Source: Octopus bimaculoides (taxonomy: Eukaryota). From it: a stretch of 64,000 nt of DNA. Location of the stretch: contig NC_068982.1 of NCBI RefSeq assembly GCF_001194135.2, positions 94,283,952 to 94,347,951 of the forward strand, given 5' to 3'. Position numbers and translations under genes: made by a program. The stretch's first letter is position 1. Each line of letters begins with the position of its first letter. Shown piece after piece: positions 24,730-36,964 of the stretch. Under the pieces are notes generated by a model. The model did no database searches. It worked only from the letters and a program-made list of their open reading frames with translations, and had not been told where the DNA came from.

Positions 24730-25100
24730 GTTTGCTGTTCACTGACAAAACTTCGTGCTGCATTACGTTTGCGAACTTTTGTCAGTGAACAGGTCGTAGT
24801 TTCAAAACGAAGAAACTATTATGACACTTGAAATTTTGATGTTGAAGTGAAACTGGTACTATTTAAATACAGAGCTTCCTTAACGGCACTACTTAAATAC
24901 AGAGGTACTACTTGAATACAGGTGTTACGTACAAAACATTTTAAATATACGCTGCGTGGATGTGTAATGACATCCTAACTCTAACTAACTCTAAAATTAG
25001 CCCTAACCTTAACCCTAAAAACTAACCGTAAATCCAACCCTCCCCTTCATATACTTAGGTAGATAAATCGCGACCTCAGTGTGCTCTTGAATGGCTTACA
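24730..25100. mobile_element. Possible Helentron-associated (HINE/DINE-like) non-autonomous element
   Basis: Microsatellite, long hairpin, three approximately 20-bp subrepeats (GTACTA[T/C]TT[A/G]AATACAG) and a degenerate CCCTAA tract. Confidence 0.35.
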
Positions 25101-25149
25101 AACATCTACGCTGCAATTGTTTTTGTTTCAGCACACGATCTCAGATCAA

Positions 25150-25858
25150 GTTACTTGCTATGCAAGTACAACTCCGTAATTTTTTAAAACATCACTGTGG
25201 ATAAATGCCAGCAATGAACTTCTCAGGTTCACCAATATTTTAATTTCTAAACAGAAACAATTGGGAGCAGGGAGTAGGGTTGCAAAAAATTTATAATTTC
25301 TCACATTTTCTTTTATTTTTTGAACATATAAATGTATCAACGGGGGAAAATATTGAAAAACATCAATAGACGCGAGAGTGATAAAGAAACGAAGAGGGTT
25401 GTCTTTGTATATGCTAGTAATAACAGCCAAATCGCCCTTAAATCACTCACTTTTTCCTTCTGAAAATATTAACAATTAAAAAAAATTACCGAAGATGCTC
25501 TTCTTATGGTTTTGAAGTGCAAAAAAAAAAACAGCAAAAACAATTGGCCAAAATAGGTCCGGAGTAGGATGATGAGGGAAGGGGTGTAAAAAAAGAGTTT
25601 ACAAAGCTTTTTACATACAAAGATGCCCCCCACAACCCCATCATTTCGAAGGCAGTGGTTTAAAAAAAATGAGGAAAACCCCTGGAAAAATTTTCCCCAC
25701 AACCTTCTTTATAATATTAATCTATGCCGTTTGAAAGGGATTTGTATAAATTTTCATTAAAAGATACCTATCTTCCTGAAAGTTATGAGGGAAAAATAGT
25801 CAGATCGTGTGAATTTTCCGAAACTTCTCTCGTCACCTCATCGGAAAAATCATTTCTC
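25150..25858. mobile_element. Probable non-autonomous DNA-transposon interior
   Basis: Non-coding with homopolymer-rich motifs (AAAATAGGTCC, GAAAGTTATGAG) and weak internal inverted similarity; no termini identified. Confidence 0.25.
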
Positions 25859-26018
25859 NNNNNNNNNNTTATGGCTGTGATAAAATAATGAAAGCAATAC
25901 TTACTAAGCAAGTGAGCACTATTATACAAGAAAATAATTAGGCGTAAAATATAAAAATTTATTAGAACTGGGAATCAAATTTGAAAATATTATCAAGGGG
26001 CGAGCAGAAAATCGCCCG

Positions 26019-26112
<94 letters not shown>

Positions 26113-26189
26113 GAAGAAGAATCATTTCTACTATAGGTACAAGGCCAGAAATTTCGAATTAGCGGGCCGAACGATTATACCGACCCCAG

Positions 26190-26380
26190 CCATACCCATG
26201 TGCTGAGATGGCTTCTTTGGGGTTTCAAGAATTCACTATTAGAAACATGGGTATTTCGTTTATCATCTTTAAATAACCCATATGCAGGGACATTTTGAGT
26301 GTGATGGGCTACTTAAACTGGAGAAAATTACAAATCTCCACTTGCACGGTCATGCGCTGTTTATCTTCGGGTTACTTTTT
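26190..26380 (+). repeat. Interspersed repeat fragment (same family as 28640-29170)
   Basis: AATTCACTATTAGAAACATGGGT...GATGGGCTACT...CCACTTGCACGGTCATG aligns to 28870-29040. Confidence 0.75.
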
Positions 26381-26539
26381 TACGTAGTCAAGGGTAGAAA
26401 AGTTTGTTACTGATTAGAGCCTCTTCAGCAATATGAGTCTGGAGGTTTCCCAGAAGAGGACAAGTCCTGAAGGAACTCTATACCCAACATCTTCCGGTAC
26501 CAATTAAAACCAAAAGAATGGTGATGAGGAGATAATAAA

Positions 26540-28535
26540 CAGGTTATTGAGGCTTACTACACCGCTATGTATCTTCCAACATACGTCTCAAAAACTGAAC
26601 AAACACAGAATCCAGAAAGGAAAGAATACTAACACGAGACTTAACATAAACAGCAACAGGCTTGAAAATGTACGATGAAATTAAAAAAAAAAAAACACGA
26701 GATTGTGAACTAATATTCAAAACGACAAAATAAAACAAAAATGTAAAACTAAATCTAAGAAACAACACAGCCATTACAGCTAGCAAATTAACAGACAAAA
26801 CCTACGTCAGAGTTACAGGAGAAAAAATCTTTGCAGGAAGAAGTAAACAACACGATACAAACAACCAAAAACTGTTTGCTAGTCAAATCATTGCAGATGC
26901 ATATAATAAAAGGACTAACAAGATTTTAGAGAAAGTAAGATAAGAGTAGGGACTTGAAATAACTTGAAGAACAAATAAATAAATGAATGAAACGATGTAA
27001 AAAATATGGACATGAAAGAATACAATGACTTTCCTGAGATTCATAGTAGCAAAAATAAATAAATAAATAAATAAAATATGACAAAAGAATCGGCCAGGTA
27101 AACACAACCCTTAAATCCAACACAAACGAAAACAAACTACACATCGCTTCATTGAATTAGGTATTCTGTGCTGCTGCCACAGCCTACACCAAAATGTGTG
27201 GCGTAAAACTGGACAAGGAAAGTGGAAAATCGCCATAGAGACCAACGGGGCAAGTAACAAAAATCAAGAAACAAATCGACGCTTTCCGATCTGATATAGA
27301 AGCATTGAAAAGCTTAAGCAAAAATCATAATATAAAACCATCTATGAAGATAACGATAACGAAAAAGCACGAATTGACGATGGAACACCAGTTTGCCGAA
27401 ATAGTGAAGATAAAACAAAAGTGCCGCTTCGAAAAACAATGAAGGTTTTTCAAAGATAACATCATGTTCAAAAAACAATCCATAGAAATTCTATAGGCAT
27501 ATTTGAAAGAGCATCATAAAAACAGGAGAAGACCCCACCCAAGAGCATGAAATATTGCAGTTCTGGAGGAACATTTGGGCACATAAAAATTAGCACAGCT
27601 GCGATACCCCATGGATTAGTAGACAAGAAGGAGAAACTGGGCTTATAGAAGAGCGAATATGTGTAGTATCAGACTCACATTAAAGCAATCGAGTAAACGG
27701 AAGTCACCTGGTATGGATCAGATCATAAATGGGCTCAATATGTGTATAAATTAATACAAGAAACTAACTTGATGCAATGCAATTACAAAGGAATCGCAGA
27801 CGACTCCAGAATATTTGGCCAATTGTACAACTGTTTTGCTCCAGAGCTCTAGAGACAATCGACCATATAATCTCTGGATACCCCAGACTAGAATCGACAG
27901 AATACTTGCTAACGCATAACAAGACAGCTTACTACAATTATTACTCGATATACCGCGCATAGAACCTCTCTCACAAAAACAATTGGTGGGAACACAAGGT
28001 ATTGTAAGTTACTCAGAATGCCGAGATTATCATCCATTGACATTTCAGTTTCAAACTGATCAGACGATACAGGCAAACCGACCTGATGTCAATGTAAAAA
28101 ATGATATTGAAAAAATTTATCTTCTTAGTGGACTTGCAGATCCAGTCAACAAAATTATTTCTCTAAAAGCGTTTGAAAAAACTAAACAAAAAAGATTCAA
28201 GTCGGAAGAATACGGCATCTCAAAAGAACAAGATCATCTATTATTACTGGGACACTTGGAATGATATCAAGAGGAGCAAGCAAATATGTAGACGAAATGC
28301 TTGGCAGCTCTAAAATAAGTAAGTCACAAAAGATCATACTTATGGGTGCCTCACATATTCCACGTAAATGCTTCTCCTTGTAAATGCAAACTTTCTCACT
28401 CGGCGTCTATGTCTTTCACACACAACAGTATTTTTCATTGCACGGCATCTCTTCTCTGATGCAAAACTTTGTTGTTCTTTGACAACTCTGGTCGAGACTT
28501 GGGCGCAACACGTGTAAATTAAATCAAAACCAAAA
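26540..28535 (+). mobile_element. R4/Dong-like LINE with most of the RT deleted
   Basis: N-terminal region and RKSPGMD, then directly ETIDHIISGYPRL, FQTDQTIQANRPD and LMGASHIPRKCFSL*; 3' end abuts (TAC)n(TAA)n. Confidence 0.75.
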
Positions 28536-28537
28536 CA

Positions 28538-28637
<100 letters not shown>

Positions 28638-28639
28638 TG

Positions 28640-29170
28640 ACCTGAAGCAGTACCAGGCATTGGCTCTTATGACTTCCGATCTTAACTGATTGGAAGTGTT
28701 ATCATGTATATGTTCTGATTTGATATAAAAGATGGGCTACAGCAAATATTCTGCTCATCACCACAGATTTGCCTGTCAGTTGTTTTACCTTAACCAGTTG
28801 AGCATGTCCCTTGGTGGCTGACGATATGTGCATCTCTGATCACGAGCAGAAGTAGTGGGGGAGCATCATAGCCATGTGTTGAGAGGAATTCTTTGTGGTT
28901 TGAATAATTCACCTCTGGAAACATGGTTGTTTTGTTCATCATCCATAAAACAACCTTTATTCAGGAACCTTTTAAGCGGGATGGGCTACTCGACCTGAAG
29001 AAAATTCTAACTGGGCTCCACCTGCAAGATCATCATGCCGCACACATATGGTTGTGATACGTATGCTTGGTGTACCCCTATCAGACGGGTAGCAATGATG
29101 GGCATATTAAGCTTCGTATATTTCTACCCCAGTGTCACTCTGGTGGTATGCGCTGCTCTCTTACTGGATA
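28640..29170 (+). repeat. Interspersed repeat ending in ATAATAAT (probable non-LTR 3' tail or SINE)
   Basis: GC-balanced non-coding block between (TAA)n tracts; second partial copy at 26190. Confidence 0.65.
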
Positions 29171-29184
29171 ATAATAATAACCAT

Positions 29185-29344
29185 AATTCTTTCAAATTTG
29201 AACACAAGGCCAGCAATATTATTGTGGCTTAAATCTATTACTTGGACTCTGGTACTTATTTTATTTACCTATAAATGCTGAAAGGCAATGTCGAATTTCG
29301 GCAGAATTTTAACTCAGAACATTAAGAAGGACGAAATGCGGAAG
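29185..29344 (-). mobile_element. SINE fragment
   Basis: TGGTACTTATTTT...GAAAGGCAATGTCGAATTTCGGCAGAATTTTAACTCAGAAC. Confidence 0.75.
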
Positions 29345-29599
29345 NNNNNNNNNNNNNNNNNNNNNNNNNNNNNNNNNNNNNNNNNNNNNNNNNNNNNNNN
29401 NNNNNNNNNNNNNNNNNNNNNNNNNNNNNNNNNNNNNNNNNNNNNNNNNNNNNNNNNNNNNNNNNNNNNNNNNNNNNNNNNNNNNNNNNNNNNNNNNNNN
29501 NNNNNNNNNNNNNNNNNNNNNNNNNNNNNNNNNNNNNNNNNNNNNNNNNNNNNNNNNNNNNNNNNNNNNNNNNNNNNNNNNNATTATTATTATTATTAT

Positions 29600-29880
29600 T
29601 GATATGTGGCATCTCAAGACGGTTACAATACCAGTAATTGTAGGAGTACTTAGAATGATCAAAAAAGTAACTGAAAGTTATTTAAGAATGATCCCTGGCT
29701 TACCATACATGTAGGAAGTGCAAAAGTTTGTCTTAACTGGTACGCCGCATGTATTGAGAAAAAGCATTGTCGCTGTGAATTTTTTTTCGTTCCCCCCCCC
29801 TTTATTTTCTTTGTTTACTTTTTTATTTTTCATCTTTTCATTTTTTCTCTCTGTCTTTCTTCCCCTTTTTCTCTATCACA
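29600..29880 (+). mobile_element. R4/Dong-like RLE C-terminal fragment
   Basis: MWHLKTVTIPVIVGVLRMIKK..IPGLP..EVQKFVLTGTPHVLRK; same family as 21925. Confidence 0.85.
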
Positions 29881-29884
29881 TGAC

Positions 29885-31350
29885 TTTGTAAATGAGCAAT
29901 CTGGTGTGTTTATTTTAATGGCCTACAAACACCTTGGCATAGACGATGGCTCTAGCATTCACTTTGCAAGCATGAACGAGATCAGGAAGGAATATTACAG
30001 GAGATTTCAGGCAGTCCTGAAATCTGAGCTAAATGCATATAACATGGTGTTAGCCATAAATTCCTTAGCACTTCTAATTGTTGTTTATAGCTTCAATGTG
30101 TTGAAGTGGAATATCAGCGAAATAAAGAAAATTGCCGGGAAAATACGTGAGCTGCTCACTTGCAATAAGATGCAGAACCCAAAGGTAGACAAGAGTAGTC
30201 GCTACCTTCATAGAGCCCAATGAGGCTTGATCCGGTTTGAAATCTCTTACAAAACCACTGCAATTAGACTGGCCAAATGTCTTGAAACATCTCATGACTG
30301 GATTTTAAAACTCGTTGAAAATCACGAGAAACGTAAGAAGCTTCGATAACTTATGAAAGAGAGTAAAAATATTTCTTATTGAGTTCATGCATGATACCCA
30401 GCCTGAACAGCTTGATAGAAGCGCGGCAATAGTTGTTGCAAAGCAGGGGAAATCAATGTCAAGGAAAAAGCGCCTGAACAATTGACTGAAGCACAAGTCT
30501 CTTCATTGTAAATATATATAAGCCATCTGATTTGATGAGAAGCACACCCATCAGTGGCTACACAGATCAGGGTTAAATGCAGAGAGCGATGGTTTCATTT
30601 TAGTTGCTCAAGATCAAAGATTATTGACTCGCAACTAACAAGGCAATGTGATGAAAAAGGGAATAGATCCAAAGTGCCGATTCTGAAATGATTAGTTTGA
30701 AGCAGTAGACGACTTAATCTATTGATGTAGTCTTAGCATCAGTGGAGAATAAATGAAGACATGGCAGAGTTTGCCACTATCTATACTGATTAATATGTCG
30801 GCATCCTAAAATCTAAACTGTCGACAAATGGTATAAACATCACCCTGAGATTGAAACTGAGGGAGAAAATGTAACGATACTTTTGGACTTTTCTGTACAT
30901 ACAGACAGAATCATCGAAGCTAATACACCGGCAAACAATATAGTCTGTTTATTGAGCGACATGAGTATCCGTTATGATCATATCTCGGCAAAAGAATTTG
31001 AAAACATCAAAAAATATAAAGGTTTTTCACTGAAATAGAGAAAAGTGTGGCACCACAAGTCGGTTAAAGTGCCACTGATTGTAGGAGCACATGGAATGAT
31101 CAAAATAGGAACTGAAATTTATTTTTGAGAATGATCCTCGGCTTACCATCTATGCAAAAAGTGCAAAAATTGTTTTAACGGGTACGTCACACGTATTGAG
31201 AAGAGCATTGTCGATATGAGAACGACAACCTAAATATTTTTTTTAATCTAATCTTTTTTTCACATAACTTAGCTTTGTAAATGAACGATCTGGTGCTTAT
31301 TTTAATGATCTATTAATGTCGGGAAGACTCTCAGCAAGAAATAGAAAGAA
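29885..31350 (+). mobile_element. R4/Dong-like LINE, decayed 3' half
   Basis: YKHLGIDD, AVLKSELNAYNMVLAINSLA, AQDQRLLTRN, FSVHTDRIIEAN and VPLIVGAHGMIK; ends at (TAC)n(TAA)n. Confidence 0.85.
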
Positions 31351-31355
31351 AACTG

Positions 31356-31420
<65 letters not shown>

Positions 31421-31434
31421 AACTAATAATAATA

Positions 31435-31640
31435 ATAATCCTTTGTAATATAGGTACAAATCTTGAAATTTGTGGGAGGGGGAGAGTTAATTACATCAAT
31501 CCCAGTACTCAATCGGTACTTATTTTATCGACACCGAAAGACTGAACGGCAAAGTCGACAACGACAGAATTTGAACTCAGAACGTAAAGACGGGCAAAAT
31601 GCCGCTATGCTCGGCGTGCTAATACCGAAGCGAATACTAA
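31435..31640 (-). mobile_element. SINE
   Basis: CGGTACTTATTTTATCGAC...GGCAAAGTCGAC...GAATTTGAACTCAGAACG. Confidence 0.8.
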
Positions 31641-32510
31641 ACAGCATCGACATGTGACAGCCAGCTGCTGGGAAAATAGATCAAATCTGAAACCACCACG
31701 AAGTAGAAAATAAGAATCCGCAAAAACAATGAAAGAAAACTATGACTAACGAAGTACTAAAGATGAGAAACCTAATACAGAAGAAACTAGAAAGTTTTGG
31801 AGTAATACTTGGGATAAGCCAGTCAATCATAATGAAGACGCAGTATCGTTAAAGAAAGTGAGGAAAGAAGTAGTGAGCAAGAAGCAACCAGATCTAAGAT
31901 TAACTAGTGCATTAATGATTAACATGTAAGGAAAAATGCCGAATTGTAAGGGCCCAGGAACAGATTTAGTTCAAAGTTACTGGCTAAAGAAATTTAGTAG
32001 TGTACATGGGAGGCTGAAGGAACAACTTCAGGATTGCCTTAATGGAGGAATAATACCAAATTGGTTGACTAGAGTGAGGACAATACTCATTATGAAAGAT
32101 AAGAGCAAGGGTAATACAGTTGGCAACAATAGATCAATCACTTGCTTACCATTAGTATGGAAGTTGTTAACAGGAATGCTTTCAGATAGCCTTTATGAGC
32201 ACCTTGACAACCAGAATTTACTGCCAGAAGAACAGAAAGGTTACAAGGAGCAGGCAAGAGGAGAGCATGATCCATTATACCTAGACAAAGCAGTTCTAAA
32301 TAAAGTAAAAGCTAGAAAGAGAAATCTAACAATAACATGAATAGATTATAGGAAAGGCTATGACATGATCCCACACTCATAGATAAGTGAATGTTTGAGT
32401 ATATTCAGTAAACTAGACAACATAAGTGAATTAATTAGCTGTAATATGAGGAAATGAAATGTAGAACTCTACTCAGGTGACACACTGTTAGGGAAAGTTA
32501 ATATGAAAAG
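31640..32510 (+). mobile_element. R4/Dong-like RT N-terminal fragment
   Basis: MPNCKGPGTD..YWLK..PNWLTRVRTILIMKD..RSITCLPLVWKLLT..LPEEQKG..IDYRKGYDMIPH; stops at (TAG)n. Confidence 0.9.
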
Positions 32511-32511
32511 A

Positions 32512-32549
<38 letters not shown>

Positions 32550-32552
<3 letters not shown>

Positions 32553-35125
32553 ATAAAGAGAATATAATGTGCCAGATAATTGACTTTACAGTCCCAAATG
32601 AAGAAAACATCAATATGAGAAGTATAGAAAATATAGCAAAGTACTAGGAACCAGCTATTGAATTGCAGAGACTATGGAAAATGCGGGTAAAGTGTATCAA
32701 CCAAAGCAACTGAAACCGAAAGTTCTGAGAATTAGAGCAATAATAACTGTTACAATTATTGTAAAGAATCATTTCAGGAAAGCTAGCAAAGTATGAAGGA
32801 CAAACAGGACAGTTTATAGAGAGCAGGATGTACAAGACGAATCAGACAAAAATTGTTCGAAAAGTTAAAGCGAAAGATTTAAGACAATGGTGTCATACCA
32901 AATAGGAAAGGGTCTGCACGGTCTGTGGGTGAAATCTGGGATCAACCAGTTGAGCATAATGTTGGAGCTAATTGGATAGAGAAAATTTAAAGAGGCAAAA
33001 CAGTCAAGAAAACATAAGAATCTTCCAGACAACAATGGAGAAACATGTAAATGAAATAAAACTGGAAGTCACCAGGCCCAGATAGCTTACAAGTATATTG
33101 GATTAAAATATTTACATCACGCAATATTTACAGCATGCAGTTTGAGATTTGCAAATCAGTTCCAAGGACATCTGAATGGGAGTGATGTTGCACTCTGGAT
33201 GAAGCATGGATTAATAACATTAGTCTTGAAGAATGTGACAAAGGGTAATGAAGAATCAAACTGTCGACCAACAATGTTTACCTACTATGTGAAAACTGTT
33301 GACAGGAGTAATAGTTGACGAACTTTAGAAATTTTTTGATAATGAGCAGAAGGGTTATACACGTAGGTCAAGGGGGAATAAATATTGGTTGTTAATAGAC
33401 AAGATGATACTAAAGAACTGCAAAAGAAGGTTAATGGGACTAGGAAAGACGTAGATTACAAGATAGGCCCACGATATGGTACCTGATAGATAGATAGGAA
33501 AATGTATGGAAAAATGAGTAGCAGAGAATATACAAAGCTTGCTAAAGAGATGTATGGCAATCTAGAAAACGGAATAAACATCTGAACGAAAATCATGGCG
33601 TACAGAGAAGATTAAAAGAGGGATATTTCAAAGAGACAGTCTCTCATCACTCTTGTTTGTGCTGATATCAATACCTCTGTTGATGGTTTTGAGAGATGTT
33701 AAAACAGGATATAATTTGCGAAATGAAGTGGGAGTGGCTAACCACCTACTACACATGGACGATTTAAAGTTAAGCTTGGCACGCTGGGGAACACAGTAAG
33801 AATTTTCAGCAATAGCATAGGCAAGGTATTTGACACCAATAAATGAGCTATTTTGATGCTGAAGAGGGGAAAGTATATCAGAGCAAAGGACTCAAATTGC
33901 TGAATAATCAGGTAATAAAAGTTTAGAAGAATATCAAGGATACAAGTATTTGGGAGTTATGGAATCAAATACCATCAGAACAAAGAAGTGAAAGAAAGGA
34001 GTACTTTAGAAGGATCAAAATGATACTGAAATTTAAGCTAAATTCTGGAAACATTGTGAAGGTAATAAATTCAAGGGTTGTATCGAGTGTGAGATATGTG
34101 GTAGGTATTGTGAATTGAAACAAAGAGAAACTGGAAGTTATTGGTCAAAAAGCTCGGAAGGTGGATTGTGTGAACACATAAGTGAAATGTCTCAGCCAGT
34201 ATGTTAACAAAAGCACTGAAGAATTGCTCGCAGCTGTTAGCAGTGTGAACACACAAGGAGAAGGATAGACAAAAGATGAGGTACTCTAAAAGAGAAATCA
34301 AAGTTATAGGGGAAAATCATTTACACCCACAGATTATGAAGAGGACTGAGGCGGAAAGATGCGAATAAACTTGTAAATGGTTTGAAAAAGGAATTCTCAA
34401 AACAGGCATAATGATTAATGATGGCAGCTCAGGATCAAACCCTCTGGACAAATAGTACAACATGTAAGGCAGGAGTACATGTGTCGCCATTATACAGGTT
34501 GTGTGATGAACGAGAAAAAACGGTGACCCACATAGTAAGTGAATGTTCCAAACTCGCCTAGAAACAGTACATGATAAGGTTGCGAAGCAGATTCACCGGG
34601 AAATATGTAAGAAATATGGACTTCCATTAGAGCACAAGTGGTTTGAACATGCACCTGAAAATGTGATAGAAAATAAGGCTAAAGTTTTCGAGACTTTCTT
34701 ATCCAAACGGATCATCTTCTTGAGCATACTAGACTAGATGTACAGGTGTCTGAGAGGAGGGAACAAACTTGTTACATAATTGATGTGGCCCATACATTTT
34801 TTACAAGAGAAAAAGAAATCAACAAGGTAGATGTATACCGGGACCCGAAAAGAAAGATAAGCAGATTGTGGGATTGCAGAAAAGTAAGCTCGTGCCAATT
34901 GTTACTTGAGCATTAGGAAGGACAGGAAAGAAGCTCAAAAAGAGGGCAAAAAAGATTGATTTACAAAAGCATACACGAAACATTCAACTGCCCTGCTTGT
35001 TAGGGATGGAGAAGATTATTCGAAAGTGCTTGAATGCCTGGAGTCACAGGTGATGACATGTTATCCAAGAGTAAGCCCACCTAAATTCCATTATGGGGGT
35101 GAGATATAAATCAATTTGAAACAAT
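32550..35125 (+). mobile_element. R4/Dong-like LINE, near-complete but heavily decayed
   Basis: RT remnants (IFQRDSLSSLLFVL, HLLHMDDLK), AAQDQTLWTN, EKTVTHIVSECSKL and RLE tail LPCLLGMEKIIRKCLNA*; 3' end AAACAATAATAAT. Confidence 0.8.
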
Positions 35126-35917
35126 AATAATTACCAGAAGTAATTATTATTGTTATCAGGCTTATGCAGAACTGAAGATTGCATGATCGGCTTCATTAAA
35201 ATTTCCCATAAAGATTTACATTATTATTTCTTTATAAACAACACAGGGGTATCGTTACAAAGATTTCGAAGACATTACAACCACAATTTAGGTTTGACAC
35301 TACAACCACCACCTGTCTGTTTCATCACAACCACCACCCAGCTATTTTACTGCCATCGATGCTGTGTATTTGTCATTACGATCACCACTGCAATGCCATT
35401 TCAAATACTCGCACTAATCAATATTCAGTTACGTCATTAACTCTTTCAATTGATCTCAGATTACCTGAACTTTGCCATTAGAAACCACTGGTATGTTTCA
35501 TTATAATCATGACTTATATACATTATTACAACCACAGCTGTTTTTGTCAAAGTAACAACCGCAGGTATGACATTACTACTACGATTGAGTTTTTTCATTA
35601 CAAGCAATACCCTTTCACATTTCAGTTTCTAAGAAATTTTTTCATAAACTTTTAACATTTATTAAAGATTTTAGAGTTATTTCCTTATTTATTGAACATT
35701 TTTTTTATAAATGTTTATATGTTATTTCAATAAATACTTACTCTTCTCCTCATATTGCACTATTTTAGAAGTTTTGATTGTTTAAAAATCATTTAAAGAC
35801 AATGGATATATCTGACGTATACAACAATATGAAATGATATATATATATACACGCATACACACATACATACATACATATATATATATGTATGTCTGTCTAT
35901 GTGTTTGCGTGTGTTTC

Positions 35918-36840
35918 TTATTTCGTTATTGCCCACAAGCGGCTAAATATAGAGGAGACAAACAAGGACAGACAAAGGGATTAAGTCGATTACATCGACC
36001 CCAGTGCTTAACTGGTACTTAATTTATCGAGCCCGAAAGGATGAAAGGCAAAGTCGATCTCGGCGGAATTTGAACTCAGAACGCAAAAATTACCCCATGG
36101 TCAATGATTTATAAGATGTCTTAATTACCTCCGGTTAAATAATAACACGAAAAGGGGGAGTTAGAACTGTGAAAGACTTTGAAACTGAAAAGATTGGATC
36201 ATAATATCAAATAATCTTTTCTACTCTAGGGAGGGGCCAGTGGATTAGATCGCCCCCAGTACGCAACTGGTACTTAATTTATCGACTCCGAAATGATGAA
36301 AGGCAAAGTCGACCGCGGTGGAATTTGAACTCAGAACGTAAAGACAGACGAAATACCACTAAGCATTATCACCCAGCGTGCTAACGTTTCTGCCAGCTCG
36401 TCTCCTTCAATATACTTTTCTACTCTAGGCACAAGGCCCGATATTTTGCGGGGAGGGGCCAGACGATTAGATCGACACCAGTATTTAACTGGTACTTAAT
36501 TTATCAACCCCGAAAGGATGAAAGGCAAAGTAGACCTCGGCGGAATTTGAACTCAGAACGTAACGGCAGACGAAATACTGCTAAGCATTTCACCTGGCGT
36601 ACTAACATTTCTCATTCCTTTAGTGCCCACAAGGGGCCAAACATAGAGGGGACAAACAAGGACAGACAAACGGATTAAGTCGATTACATCGACCCCCGTG
36701 CGTAACTGGTACTTAATTTATCGACCTCGAAAGGATGAAAGGCAAAGTCGACCTCGACGGAATTTGAACCCAGAACGTAGCGGCAGATGAAATACCTATT
36801 TCTTTATTGCCCACCAGGGGCTAAACATAGAAATGGACAG
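35918..36840 (-). mobile_element. Cluster of five same-orientation SINE copies or fragments
   Basis: Core TGGTACTTAATTTATCGAC..GAAAGGATGAAAGGCAAAGTCGA..GAATTTGAAC occurs four times; a fifth tail fragment starts at 36797. Confidence 0.9.
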
Positions 36841-36964
36841 AACAACTGATGGGATCAGTGAATCGGCATGATTTTACATAAAATATGACTTTTAAAAATT
36901 AAATGAAATATATAAAAAATCGAATGAAATTAACAATACAGGGACAATACAAATGAAACGATGA

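Noticed and set aside
24974-25040. Interstitial telomere-like CCCTAA tract
   Set aside because: Only a few degenerate units, embedded in a repeat with subrepeats and hairpins; such tracts are common in non-autonomous elements.
35918-36840. Regularly recurring repeats resembling a CRISPR array
   Set aside because: Repeat units exceed 100 bp, are SINEs found elsewhere in the window, lack unique constant-length spacers, and the DNA is eukaryotic.
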